A stretch of DNA of 60,626 bases from a virus. Its lineage: Duplodnaviria; Caudoviricetes. The DNA is taken from positions 1 through 60,626 of the IMG/VR virus record IMGVR_UViG_3300032225_000604; one strand, 5' to 3'. The translations under genes were made by a program, and so were the position numbers. The first letter of the stretch is position 1; the number at the start of each line of letters is the position of its first letter. The notes under the pieces were generated by a model. That model was not told the DNA's origin. It saw only the letters and a program-made list of their open reading frames with translations, and ran no database searches. Shown here one piece after another: positions 17,385 to 26,646 of this stretch.

Positions 17385-18131
17385 TTAGAGGTAGTCACTA
17401 GGATTGGAACTCCAATCCCTGTAACTATTCCCCCAAGACTCATCACCCTTCTCCTTCATGTTGATGTCGTTCTCTCGGATCTTCCTTGACTTATCCTTGG
17501 TGAAATCAACATCGTCCTCAAGATCCTCTTCGGAATCGTCACCATTGTCATCGGGATACATTCCTGCGGTGAGGAAATCCTCAATCAGACCATCCTCCAT
17601 CATGTTCTTGAAGACATTCGCAGGGAACATGAAGTTGACAATAACCGATTCCTTGCTCTCCTTGTCGAAGGAGGAACCCTTCATGAAAGTATCCATCCCT
17701 TCCACGCTCTGTGGGGGAAGACCAGCAGCAGATGTCATCTCCATGAGCATCTTGTTCATCTCATCCTCTAGACGCTTGAAGTCCTCCTCTTCCTTCGCAG
17801 TAAGCGGAGGATCTTCAGTCTTCACCACTGTCGCGGAGGTAGGAACATCTTCTTCCTTCATGTACTTCTCGTATGCATCGATGGCTTCCTGAGAAGGAGC
17901 CATCTTGATGCCGACCCAGTTGTTCGGGATGGTGACTTCATTCTCATTCGTCCTACCGATCCAGTTCTCCATCACGACAGCAGCCCTGAGCGAACCCGAT
18001 TTTGGATCGACAAATGGAACCTGTCGAATCTGCATTGGACGGAGAACCTTGATGTTCGTGCGGTTCTTTCCTGTGATTGTCGCGATCAACTCCTCGCCCG
18101 ATCTCAACTTGATGAGGATGTAGTCCTTCAT
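17385..18131 (-). CDS. Conserved T4-like hypothetical (Sm-like N-terminus, acidic tail)
   Basis: ILIKLRSGEELIA N-terminus; usual position between uvsW and gp55; ATGA overlap at 18128-18131. Confidence 0.75.
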   Translation of the reverse strand: MKDYILIKLRSGEELIATITGKNRTNIKVLRPMQIRQVPFVDPKSGSLRAAVVMENWIGRTNENEVTIPNNWVGIKMAPSQEAIDAYEKYMKEEDVPTSATVVKTEDPPLTAKEEEDFKRLEDEMNKMLMEMTSAAGLPPQSVEGMDTFMKGSSFDKESKESVIVNFMFPANVFKNMMEDGLIEDFLTAGMYPDDNGDDSEEDLEDDVDFTKDKSRKIRENDINMKEKGDESWGNSYRDWSSNPSDYL

Positions 18132-19618
18132 TGGAGGTTCTCCATCTTTAGCATGATCGGTCGAAACTCGAATTTTTCCGACCGATAGATTTTGATTCTT
18201 TCGGAGAAATGACGAAGAGTGTGATTTTTTCTTGTCTTCCATGATAGATCATCTCCAATATCGTACAACTTTGCGAACTGCTTGTGTTCCGAAACACGCA
18301 GTTGCCTGCCAATCGACTGCAATACCCGAATCCTAGACTTGCTCGGTGAGGCAAATATGATGTTGTGCAATCTCTTTATTGAGATCCCCGTCGAGAATGT
18401 CCCGTAAGACGCCACCACGATGCACGAATCGTTCTCTTCAAGGATCTTGCGTACAGCCTCACGATCCTCCACATCCGTCCCACCATGCACAAAGAAGACC
18501 TTTCTCTTGTCAGTTTCCTTCGCGAGATCATATAGAACCTTTCCATGCTTCTCGACATACTGAAACAGAATCAGCGTGTTTCCCTTGAGTGTATGAGCGA
18601 GATCCGTTATGAACTTGTTTCTCTTGGCATTGTGGACGAGCCACAGCATCTCGTCACTATAGTTATGCTTGCTCACTATGCGTCTATCTTCTTCGGGATA
18701 TTGGAGAAGAATGGCATCGATCTTTAGATTGGACAGGATGTTCTTGTCGATCAGTTTCTTTGTCGAGGTCACATGATACGAAGGACCAAAGAGACCTTCG
18801 ATGATCAACTTATGCGATTGCATTCCGTCAAGAGTACCTGTTGTCCCGATCCTATGGTTGCAGTTGACGAGTTTCTCCATGATGCCGCTCAGGGACTTTG
18901 CCTTGAACATATGGCACTCGTCTCCGAATGCAGCGGAGAACTGATCGAACCATGAGCGCGGTTGCTTGAAGATGGACTGCCATGTCGTGATGACGATACG
19001 CTTGTTTGTGTCCTTGTCCTGCCCCGCATAGATTGGATGGCAGTTCTTCGATACCTTCCAGTCTGTTCCCTTGGCATAGTTCTCAAAGTCGCTTGCCATC
19101 TGCGTGACAAGACCGATGGTGGGAACCACAATGAGTATCTTGCCATCCGTATTCTCAAGCAGATGCCTCACCAGCAGGTAGATGATCATCGACTTGCCGC
19201 TGCCTGTCGGTGACACCAGGAGGATTCTAGATGTTTCTGTTGCCTTCACGATGGCATCCCGCTGATGGTCATGGAGCGAGGGAATGCCCGATGCCTTGCC
19301 CACGCATCGTTCAAACAATGTATCTACATTGTCCGGACTGAGCGGGATCTTGGGAGTCGGTGTCAGGTTGTTCTCGACATGATAGCCACGATCCGCTGCG
19401 AACTTGGTGACATAGTTCTTCAGTCCCCTGTAGATCGTTGCCTTGCCTATGTTGTATAGTTTGATGTCGCCACTCCATCGCGTCTTGCGGAAGCGGGACA
19501 TGTACTTGTGGTTCGGAACCTTGAAGGAGAAGCAGTCGCTCAACTCCTTGGCAGTTCCCCTCTCACATCGCACACGGATAAACACGGAATCAACATCTTC
19601 AAGAACCAATGTATCCAT
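18128..19618 (-). CDS. uvsW: UvsW DNA helicase
   Basis: SPTGSGKS, DECH, GTTGT, LQSIGRQLR SF2 motifs. Confidence 0.96.
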   Translation of the reverse strand: MDTLVLEDVDSVFIRVRCERGTAKELSDCFSFKVPNHKYMSRFRKTRWSGDIKLYNIGKATIYRGLKNYVTKFAADRGYHVENNLTPTPKIPLSPDNVDTLFERCVGKASGIPSLHDHQRDAIVKATETSRILLVSPTGSGKSMIIYLLVRHLLENTDGKILIVVPTIGLVTQMASDFENYAKGTDWKVSKNCHPIYAGQDKDTNKRIVITTWQSIFKQPRSWFDQFSAAFGDECHMFKAKSLSGIMEKLVNCNHRIGTTGTLDGMQSHKLIIEGLFGPSYHVTSTKKLIDKNILSNLKIDAILLQYPEEDRRIVSKHNYSDEMLWLVHNAKRNKFITDLAHTLKGNTLILFQYVEKHGKVLYDLAKETDKRKVFFVHGGTDVEDREAVRKILEENDSCIVVASYGTFSTGISIKRLHNIIFASPSKSRIRVLQSIGRQLRVSEHKQFAKLYDIGDDLSWKTRKNHTLRHFSERIKIYRSEKFEFRPIMLKMENLQ

Positions 19619-19623
19619 GCAGA

Positions 19624-19630
19624 TATTTAT
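19624..19630 (-). promoter_or_regulatory. Late promoter (ATAAATA) 5 nt before the uvsW ATG
   Basis: TAAATA core; uvsW is a late gene in T4. Confidence 0.6.
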
Positions 19631-20127
19631 GGTTCCATGTCTTCTCCATTGAACCTAATCTTGAACTCTCCATCGTTCAGTACCTTGCCATCGAACAGCA
19701 GGACTTCCACTCCTGCGCTCTCAAGGATATTGATTCCGATGTTGCACTTTTCCTTCCATCTGTCGGGAGTCTTGTCCCATATGGTCTTATGACCAACCAC
19801 TCGGCGTATACCTGAGAGAACCACTGCCCTTGAGCAGTCTGGGCAGATTATGAACGGACAATAGAGATGGGTGTTGAGTGTGGAAAGACCCTTGCTTGCA
19901 CATCTGTAGATCACCGATCTCTCGGCATGTTCGATGTAGTCGTACTTCGGATCTGACTCAGTCTCGCGAATGGATGGATAGCGGTTCGCATCAGCCGCAA
20001 TGATCCCCGATGAAGGGAAAATGATCAATGCTCCGTTTTGCGTGTTGGTATCCTGACTCCGTGCCTGAGCATGGATATATGCCTGACGGAGATATACGCG
20101 ATGAATGCCTTCGGTTACGATCTTCAT
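19627..20127 (-). CDS. dCMP deaminase-like
   Basis: HAE and CPDC zinc-binding deaminase motifs. Confidence 0.85.
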   Translation of the reverse strand: MKIVTEGIHRVYLRQAYIHAQARSQDTNTQNGALIIFPSSGIIAADANRYPSIRETESDPKYDYIEHAERSVIYRCASKGLSTLNTHLYCPFIICPDCSRAVVLSGIRRVVGHKTIWDKTPDRWKEKCNIGINILESAGVEVLLFDGKVLNDGEFKIRFNGEDMEP

Positions 20128-20558
20128 GATCCGCTCATGAACTTCTTCCACTCTATGGCAGACTTGATGTCCCATCCACGGCGACCGAGACCTTGCAGCA
20201 CCGACTCAAGGTACTTCACCTTTTCGCGCTGATAGTGTACGCGAGCCTCAAGGCGCAGGAGATCCTTGTCTGACTCAAGATAGACATCGATGTCTGTTCG
20301 GAGGATCTTCAGCCCAAATGGTTGCCAACCCTTCTCATCAAGGGTCTCCTGATCCAACTTGCCGAGATAGTATTCCCACTTGAGCCTACGCATCTCCTTC
20401 TGCTCAATGAGATACTTGTGCAGGACAAGTGATTCGTCGTGCAATAGGTTTAGGTACTTGCCGTGTAGTTGTGGAGTCTTCAGTGACTCAAGGTCGAGGT
20501 TGAGATCATCGATCTCCATGTCCTTCTCGACCATCTTCTTGATTGTTTCGATGTCCAT
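20124..20558 (-). CDS. uvsY: Recombination mediator UvsY
   Basis: ESLKTPQLHGKYL, WEYYLGK, IKSAIEWKKF; synteny. Confidence 0.9.
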   Translation of the reverse strand: MDIETIKKMVEKDMEIDDLNLDLESLKTPQLHGKYLNLLHDESLVLHKYLIEQKEMRRLKWEYYLGKLDQETLDEKGWQPFGLKILRTDIDVYLESDKDLLRLEARVHYQREKVKYLESVLQGLGRRGWDIKSAIEWKKFMSGS

Positions 20559-20565
20559 GACGAAG

Positions 20566-20593
20566 ACTATACTAGAGATTCAGATCAAGTCAA
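20566..20593 (-). promoter_or_regulatory. Host-type promoter for uvsY (leaderless)
   Basis: TTGACT-16 nt-TATAGT, 7 nt before ATG 20558. Confidence 0.75.
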
Positions 20594-21153
20594 GTGACTT
20601 CACCGATGTCAAATGATTCATATACAAAGGTTGCATTGACCGTGATCGGATCTGCATCGCTATATGCGGAGTTCAATTCAAATCCGTCTAGACTGATTGG
20701 ATACATGTTCTTGATGGTGATCTGCCGATGGGGATTCTTTGCATTGTTGAGTAGATGAATCGTTCCATCTGAATAGTAGTTCTTATCATTCTGTATGATT
20801 TCGGTGAAATCCTCGAATGGAACCAATCCCCGCATCCACTTGTATATCTCATTCCAGTTGGAGAACTCCTCATCCACTATGAAAGTCACCTTGAGGGTGT
20901 CGAGATCAATCGATGATCCAGGAACATGGTGCTGAACGAACTTGTTGGCTACCCCAACGCTTCCTATCGTCACGGAAGGCATGTTCACGGAAGTACACCA
21001 GAATGTCACATTTGGTATTCGCAACAATGTGAACTTGAAGTTGGTGTTCAGCAGGGTATTCGTGGTATCGGGTTCCCTGCTGAGGACATTGTAGTTGCGA
21101 CCCTGCTGGTTTATCACCAACGGGTCGGATACTGGTATTGTGTATTCGCTCAT
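20590..21153 (-). CDS. 3: Tail tube terminator/completion protein (gp3-like)
   Basis: FKFTLLRIPNVTFWC, FIVDEEFSNWNEIYKWM; directly downstream of gp23. Confidence 0.85.
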   Translation of the reverse strand: MSEYTIPVSDPLVINQQGRNYNVLSREPDTTNTLLNTNFKFTLLRIPNVTFWCTSVNMPSVTIGSVGVANKFVQHHVPGSSIDLDTLKVTFIVDEEFSNWNEIYKWMRGLVPFEDFTEIIQNDKNYYSDGTIHLLNNAKNPHRQITIKNMYPISLDGFELNSAYSDADPITVNATFVYESFDIGEVT

Positions 21154-21158
21154 ATCAT

Positions 21159-21165
21159 TATGTAT
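21159..21165 (-). promoter_or_regulatory. Putative late promoter variant (ATACATA)
   Basis: Lies just after the gp23 terminator, 5 nt before ATG 21153. Confidence 0.5.
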
Positions 21166-21169
21166 TCCC

Positions 21170-21202
21170 AAAAAGAAAGTCGGGGGGATTTCTCCCCCCG
21201 AC
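21170..21202 (-). terminator. Rho-independent terminator after the major capsid gene
   Basis: 10-bp stem GTCGGGGGGA/TCCCCCCGAC with GAAA loop, followed by TTTCTTTTT on the minus strand. Confidence 0.92.
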
Positions 21203-21229
21203 CTTTGCTTAGTTACTGCACTTCAACTA

Positions 21230-22711
21230 TTAGGCAGTACCGAGTGCTGCATTCATGCCGTGGAGGTTGTCCACGCGGAAGATGCGGTAGTACATGTTTG
21301 CACGATAGTTGCTGGCAACCGTGACATTCGTCGTATTGACGAAGGGGTTGACTGCCATTCCGTAGCGAGTCTTGAATCCGATCTTCGGCTGGAAGGTCTT
21401 CGGATCGATTGCACGGACCATCTGTAGTGGGATGTAGGGGCAATAGAAGAGACCTGCGTCATATGGCGAGGTTCCCTTGTATCCAACGCACACGAAGTCG
21501 CGGGAATTGCTGTTAGTACCAACACCCGAGTATGGGTCAACATAGACCTTGATCTTGCCATTGAGAACACCGACGAAGGTGTTGCCAGTGTCATCGACAT
21601 CAAGGTTGACATTGAGTGCTGGGCTGACATTGAGGAATCCACCCATTGCAAGTGCCGATGCAACATCGGACGAGCAGATGATGAAGTTACCCTTGCCACG
21701 GCGTGTATCCTTGGCAATCGTATTGGCTTCGCGCTCAATCTGGAACATTAGACCACGGAACTTTTCTGCCGACCAACGACCATCGGAGTCAGCAAGGAGG
21801 TCATAGACACCACCTGGCGATGCTAGGAAACCAGTACCGGTACCACCACCACCTGCACCAGTGATAAAGTTATAGGTGTTGCCCGAACTCTTGTACTTGA
21901 GGTCAGCGTGCTGTGCGCCGAGTTTAGCGGTTGCATAGATCGAACGAACGACTTCGCGGTTGATTTCGGCAAGGATTTCCGTGCTGAGAATGTTGGCGAG
22001 TTCGGTTTCAGCATCCAAGCCGTGAATAGCCTTGAGATCCTGAGCGAGTTCGATTGTGTACTCTGCCTTGAGGGCGCGAGTCTTTGCAGTGACCGATGCA
22101 CGGTCGATTGTGAATGCCATCGTGTTGAAGTCGCTTGAGGTGTTTTCACCTAGTGCTTCTGCAACAACGCGCTCCATACCACCAGCAGGTTCCCAACCAC
22201 CAGTTGCACTGACACCAGTCGAGCCAGGAGAGAGCAAGCCCCAGAGAGGATCCTGAACATAACCTGATTCGGAGGTGTTTCCGCCCGTATTGCTTACGCC
22301 ACCAGTAACGCCAGCAAACTTGGTGTATGCTTCGCGGAAGAGGGCTTCCGTGTTCTCGGTACGGTTGTTGTAAACCGACTTCATTGCAAAGATCAAGCCT
22401 GTTGGCGAGGTCATTGGCTGAACCGAGGCGACATCGTATGCCATTAGGTTTGGCATTGCGCGACGGACGAGTGCGATGAGGATTGGATCGTAACCCGCAA
22501 GACCGCTTGCGCTACCTGCTGCGCTGAGGTTGGTGTTAGCACCAATTGAGTTACTGATGCTCGAATCCTCGCGGAGTGCCTGTTCTTCGTTCTCAAGAAG
22601 AATGGAGGTGACTGCGCGACGATAGTTGTCCTGAACGGGATTGAGGCTGCTGTGTTCAAGCACAGGCTGCCACTTGCGCTCAAGTTGTTCTACTAGTGAA
22701 AAAGTTCCCAT
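21230..22711 (-). CDS. 23: Major capsid protein gp23
   Basis: VQPMTSPTGLIFAM, TRALKAEYTIELAQDLKAIHGLDAE, FQPKIGFKTRYG. Confidence 0.99.
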   Translation of the reverse strand: MGTFSLVEQLERKWQPVLEHSSLNPVQDNYRRAVTSILLENEEQALREDSSISNSIGANTNLSAAGSASGLAGYDPILIALVRRAMPNLMAYDVASVQPMTSPTGLIFAMKSVYNNRTENTEALFREAYTKFAGVTGGVSNTGGNTSESGYVQDPLWGLLSPGSTGVSATGGWEPAGGMERVVAEALGENTSSDFNTMAFTIDRASVTAKTRALKAEYTIELAQDLKAIHGLDAETELANILSTEILAEINREVVRSIYATAKLGAQHADLKYKSSGNTYNFITGAGGGGTGTGFLASPGGVYDLLADSDGRWSAEKFRGLMFQIEREANTIAKDTRRGKGNFIICSSDVASALAMGGFLNVSPALNVNLDVDDTGNTFVGVLNGKIKVYVDPYSGVGTNSNSRDFVCVGYKGTSPYDAGLFYCPYIPLQMVRAIDPKTFQPKIGFKTRYGMAVNPFVNTTNVTVASNYRANMYYRIFRVDNLHGMNAALGTA

Positions 22712-22739
22712 TTCTGTGTCTCCTTAGATGTAACAGGGA

Positions 22740-23882
22740 TTACCTGTTTGTTAGACCCTTGCGTGAAAGTGCAGAAGCATAGTTCTGCATGATTGGATTG
22801 GTTGTTGTTTCCTGCTCCTGAAGGTTCTCTTCGGTCTCGCCGCTGTCTAGGACGATTTCCTCAACGAGATCCATTGAAGCAGATGCTGGCTTGCGGATAC
22901 GACGAGCGTTTCCGAAATATGATTCCTTGAGGACGGACAACTTCTCTTCGAAAAGATCCTCTGAGTCGAACTCAATGCCCTCTGCAAGGGTACGGAGTTT
23001 CTCGACCTGAGTATCGGCTAGACCATCGCAGTAGGACTCGAAGATGTCATCGCAACGGAGTGCGAGGATCTGCTTCTTGAGTTCGATGTTCTCGTTGACC
23101 TGCTCATTGACCTCATTGCGGAGTTCCTCGTTCTCTTCTTCCATTTCGGAGACGAGATCGACCTTCTCTTCGGGAACCTGAATGTAGTTCTGCTCAAAGA
23201 TGTCGCGCATTCCGTTGAGGAAGTTCTCTGCAATCTCGGTCTTGATGCCACTCTCGACTACGAGACGGTTTTCCTTGAGCCATTCCTCGGCAATGTACGA
23301 GATGTAGTCATTGACGCGAGCCGAAAGTTCATCAAGGATCTTTGCGGTGTTCTCTTCGATGGTCTGCTCGTAAGCCTCTTCAAGACGCTCAACGATTGCA
23401 TCGTAACGCTCGCTGATGGCTGCTTCAAAGACTGCGCTTGCCTTGTTCTTGAAGTCCTCGGAGAGTTCCTCTCCTTCGAACATCGCAGACATATGCTCCT
23501 TCATGGTGAAGTCGCTCTTGTCTGGAATCTTTGCCTTGCCCTTGAAGGGAGCCTTGCCAGCGATGGTTGCCTTGTTGGTACCGGACTTATCTGCGGGAGC
23601 ATCCCACATCTTCGGACCCTTGCCCGAATAGTCCTTGTCGGTGTCGCTGTTGGCAACAACCTCATACTCCTCGCTGACATCATCCTCATCGTCAGACTCT
23701 TCGTCCTCATCGATGAGTTCTTCTTCGTCCTCGTCGGCAAAATCCTCGTCGGATTCATCCTCAAGGTCTAGTTCGTCTTCATCCTCTTCGATGACCTCGT
23801 CCTCATCAATCTCTTCTTCATTGATGGCGGCATCATCTGCAAGGATTTCTTCTTCTTCGAAAAACTCTTCGGGCTGTGGCAT
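22740..23882 (-). CDS. 22: Prohead core scaffold gp22
   Basis: LSEDFKNKASAVFEAA, very acidic N-terminus, synteny. Confidence 0.93.
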   Translation of the reverse strand: MPQPEEFFEEEEILADDAAINEEEIDEDEVIEEDEDELDLEDESDEDFADEDEEELIDEDEESDDEDDVSEEYEVVANSDTDKDYSGKGPKMWDAPADKSGTNKATIAGKAPFKGKAKIPDKSDFTMKEHMSAMFEGEELSEDFKNKASAVFEAAISERYDAIVERLEEAYEQTIEENTAKILDELSARVNDYISYIAEEWLKENRLVVESGIKTEIAENFLNGMRDIFEQNYIQVPEEKVDLVSEMEEENEELRNEVNEQVNENIELKKQILALRCDDIFESYCDGLADTQVEKLRTLAEGIEFDSEDLFEEKLSVLKESYFGNARRIRKPASASMDLVEEIVLDSGETEENLQEQETTTNPIMQNYASALSRKGLTNR

Positions 23883-23904
23883 TAGAATCTCCTTTATCTT
23901 CCCA

Positions 23905-23912
23905 TATGTATA
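23905..23912 (-). promoter_or_regulatory. Late promoter variant TATACATA upstream of gp22
   Basis: One mismatch to TATAAATA, intergenic, before an AGGAG RBS. Confidence 0.55.
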
Positions 23913-23916
23913 AAAG

Positions 23917-24564
23917 TTATAGTTTGGATATGAAGTCCCTAAAGACCTCTAGTTTTGCTTCTTCTAGTTCCCTGGAAGAAGCCTTCTTGATGGTATTCTT
24001 ATAGGAGGCAATGTGCCTCTCAGCAAGGACTCCGTTGTTCCAGACCCATTCCTTGCCTTCCATGATGCCGTTTACGAAGGCATTGGGTGCAGAGGGATCG
24101 GCAACGATATCGACGGTGGCAAGATTGAAGTCATCCTGTACCTCGTTCACGCCGTTGACCTGCTTGAGGGAACCCATTCCGCGCGAGGAAACGCCAAGAC
24201 GAACACCCTCATCGATGAGGTTCTTGACGATGTTTCCATATGGGGTATCAAGGATCTTTGCCTTGCCATAGACCGTGTTTCCGTCCATCTTCATCTCCTT
24301 GATGAGATGGGAAATGCGGTCTAGGTTCAGGCTTGGACCCTGTGGGTGACCGAGTTCTCCGAGCGAACGATTGGTCTTGATGTAGTCGTTGTTGTATTTC
24401 TCTACTTCACGCTCCATGATGGCAGAAGGATAGATGCGACCGTTCTTGTTGACCTGCTCGGACTGCATGAAGATGCCACGGATGTAGTAGTTCTTCTTAC
24501 CACCACCAGCATCTTCGGTGAGGGTTTGGATGTTATCTTCAGTGTGTTCGGTGAACAGCAGCAT
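23917..24564 (-). CDS. 21: Prohead protease gp21
   Basis: NKNGRIYP, GELGHP, GVSSRGMGSL, DIVADPSAPNA. Confidence 0.97.
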   Translation of the reverse strand: MLLFTEHTEDNIQTLTEDAGGGKKNYYIRGIFMQSEQVNKNGRIYPSAIMEREVEKYNNDYIKTNRSLGELGHPQGPSLNLDRISHLIKEMKMDGNTVYGKAKILDTPYGNIVKNLIDEGVRLGVSSRGMGSLKQVNGVNEVQDDFNLATVDIVADPSAPNAFVNGIMEGKEWVWNNGVLAERHIASYKNTIKKASSRELEEAKLEVFRDFISKL

Positions 24565-24566
24565 GT

Positions 24567-24920
24567 TTAGCCCTTCTTGCTTGCGCGGAGAATCTTGAAA
24601 TCCTGTGCATCGATCTTGCCGTTATTGTTCGCGTCGATCTTGGACTGATTTCCCTTGAGACCCTTCTTGGGTGCATTTGAGGGATGTGGCTTTTTCCAAT
24701 CGAAGGGCTTTCCACCACCATAGCGGTTGGCAGACATCTGTCCTTCGCTTACATCGTCGTCACAAGTTTCACAATCATCAAAGAGGTTTGCCGCGACTTC
24801 CATCTTGGCAACTTCAAGTTCATCTGAAACTGCTGCAAATACGAGGTTGTTCGTGATTTCCTTGGCAGCGACGAAGTCTTCGTCAACGATTGCCCTGATC
24901 AGGTCGTGTGGTGTACTCAT
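24567..24920 (-). CDS. Prohead core-like protein (gp67/gp68 position) with EF-hand-like motif
   Basis: Between gp20 and gp21; C-terminal DANNNGKIDAQDF. Confidence 0.65.
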   Translation of the reverse strand: MSTPHDLIRAIVDEDFVAAKEITNNLVFAAVSDELEVAKMEVAANLFDDCETCDDDVSEGQMSANRYGGGKPFDWKKPHPSNAPKKGLKGNQSKIDANNNGKIDAQDFKILRASKKG

Positions 24921-24941
24921 GGTGTTCTCCGTGGATAATGA

Positions 24942-24948
24942 TATTTAT
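24942..24948 (-). promoter_or_regulatory. Putative late promoter (ATAAATA)
   Basis: Overlaps the gp20 stop; upstream of a GGAG RBS. Confidence 0.55.
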
Positions 24949-26624
24949 CGTTTTGGCTTCTTTGCGGGGGTTTCTTCGGGCTGAGGCATCTGAGCCTGTA
25001 GTTGTGCCTGATCCTGCTGCTGCTGCAACTGCTGCTGATTCTGTATGTCGCCAGTCATCTGCTGAGTGGTTGCCTGAGTGGTGATCTGAGTCGGTAGCAC
25101 ATTGTTCGGATCCTCTGCCTTCTCCGAATCGATCTCTGCATCGATGTCCGCAATCTCGTCGTCCGACAAGCGGAGGATCTTCTTCTGAATGAACTTCTTG
25201 GAGAAATACTTGCCCAAGTACGGATCTGCCGCAGCAACCAGAGTCATTCTGGTGTTGAGCATCTCGTTTTCCTTGGCTTCCGTGAAGTAGGAATCCTTGC
25301 GGAAATCGAAGCGAATGTTCGGGTGGATCGACTCCCAATCGTCCTTGGTGATGACTCCCTTGAGGATCAACTGGGTCTTGAGGAGTTCCGCAAACAGATC
25401 GGAGAACTTCTTGCGAAGACGCTCGATGAACCTGAAGAACTTCAGTTCGTCGCGGGTGATCTCTGCCTGACGACCCATGTTGAAGCCGTTCTGATCGGTT
25501 TCAAGACGGGAGATCGGCACATTCAGGGACTTGTATAGTTTCTTCTGGAAGTAGAGGACATCGTCCATCTGACCAAGGTTCTGACCACCGGGCAGGGTGC
25601 TGACTTCAGTTCCCTTGCCGCCTTCGCGACGAGGCATCCAGAAGTCCTCAAGCATCGTCATGTGCTTGCGCTCATCGCGCATCTCGCCTGTCGATGCATC
25701 ATACACCAACTTGTTGCGATAGCGGTTCATGATCTCCTTGAGGTACTGCTCTGCCTTTGCCTTGGGGAGGTTTCCAACATCCACATAGAACACCCTGCGC
25801 TCGGGTGCGCGAGCCATGCGATAGATGACGAGGGCATCCTCGACCATCTTCAACTGATTCATTGGCTTCAGTGCCTTGTGGATGTATGAGAGGACTCTTC
25901 TCTTTCCTCCGTCGAACAGACCGCTATGGACATAGCAGATTGAATCTGTGGCGATCCTGACACCCTTGAGTGGCGTGGCAGGTGCATATGCCGCAGTCGA
26001 TGTGACGGTTTCCTCACGCTCGTTGTAGATGAAGAACTCATCGACCTTGGCAACGAGATCCGCGCCTGTCTTCTGATCCTTCTTCTTGACTACATTGCGA
26101 ACCTTGCGGATGTTCGTTGCCTCGACGGGACGGAGTTCCACAAGACCCTTCTTAGGGTTTTCCTTGTCGATGATCTTATGGTAGTAGAGCCTTCCGTCGA
26201 TGTACCACTTTCGGAATATCTCATATCCCTTGTCCTGGAACTTCAGCAGACGAAGGATCTCATCGAACTCATCTGCAATCTTTCCCTTGATCTTCGGAGA
26301 GATGCGCTTGTCATCCACCTGTATCTCGACGGGTCTCTTTGTCTCGTCATAGACGATTGCCTCGTCGCAGATATCCGCGATTGCCATCTCCACCTCAGGG
26401 TAGAGAGACATTTCGCGGTATTTGCGGATCATGTCGCTGGTAGCCTTGATGCCACCATCGAAATCCATGTATGAACTGAAATAGACACCAGATGTAACAG
26501 GCAAAGCCCCATCGTCGTACTGAGGAGGAGCAAACGATGTGTTTGCTGTTACATCCTCCTGTTTCTCCGTTGGGGCTATTTTGCCAGTGCGGCTGAGGGA
26601 ATAACCAAAAAGTTCAAATGCCAT
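24945..26624 (-). CDS. 20: Portal protein gp20
   Basis: RAPERRVFYVDVGNLPK, LEDFWMPRREGGKGTE, EITRDELKF. Confidence 0.98.
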   Translation of the reverse strand: MAFELFGYSLSRTGKIAPTEKQEDVTANTSFAPPQYDDGALPVTSGVYFSSYMDFDGGIKATSDMIRKYREMSLYPEVEMAIADICDEAIVYDETKRPVEIQVDDKRISPKIKGKIADEFDEILRLLKFQDKGYEIFRKWYIDGRLYYHKIIDKENPKKGLVELRPVEATNIRKVRNVVKKKDQKTGADLVAKVDEFFIYNEREETVTSTAAYAPATPLKGVRIATDSICYVHSGLFDGGKRRVLSYIHKALKPMNQLKMVEDALVIYRMARAPERRVFYVDVGNLPKAKAEQYLKEIMNRYRNKLVYDASTGEMRDERKHMTMLEDFWMPRREGGKGTEVSTLPGGQNLGQMDDVLYFQKKLYKSLNVPISRLETDQNGFNMGRQAEITRDELKFFRFIERLRKKFSDLFAELLKTQLILKGVITKDDWESIHPNIRFDFRKDSYFTEAKENEMLNTRMTLVAAADPYLGKYFSKKFIQKKILRLSDDEIADIDAEIDSEKAEDPNNVLPTQITTQATTQQMTGDIQNQQQLQQQQDQAQLQAQMPQPEETPAKKPKR

Positions 26625-26646
26625 TCATCTCTCCTGAAAGGAAGTA

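Noticed and set aside
22732-22748. Small hairpin AACAGG/CCTGTT upstream of gp23
   Set aside because: Only a 6-bp stem without a U-tract; too weak to call a terminator or regulatory element
23660-23870. Quasi-repetitive TCN-rich DNA and poly-Ser plus-strand ORF
   Set aside because: Reverse complement of the Asp/Glu-rich gp22 N-terminus
24990-25090. CTG/CAG-rich run
   Set aside because: Encodes the Gln-rich low-complexity portal C-terminus; not a separate element
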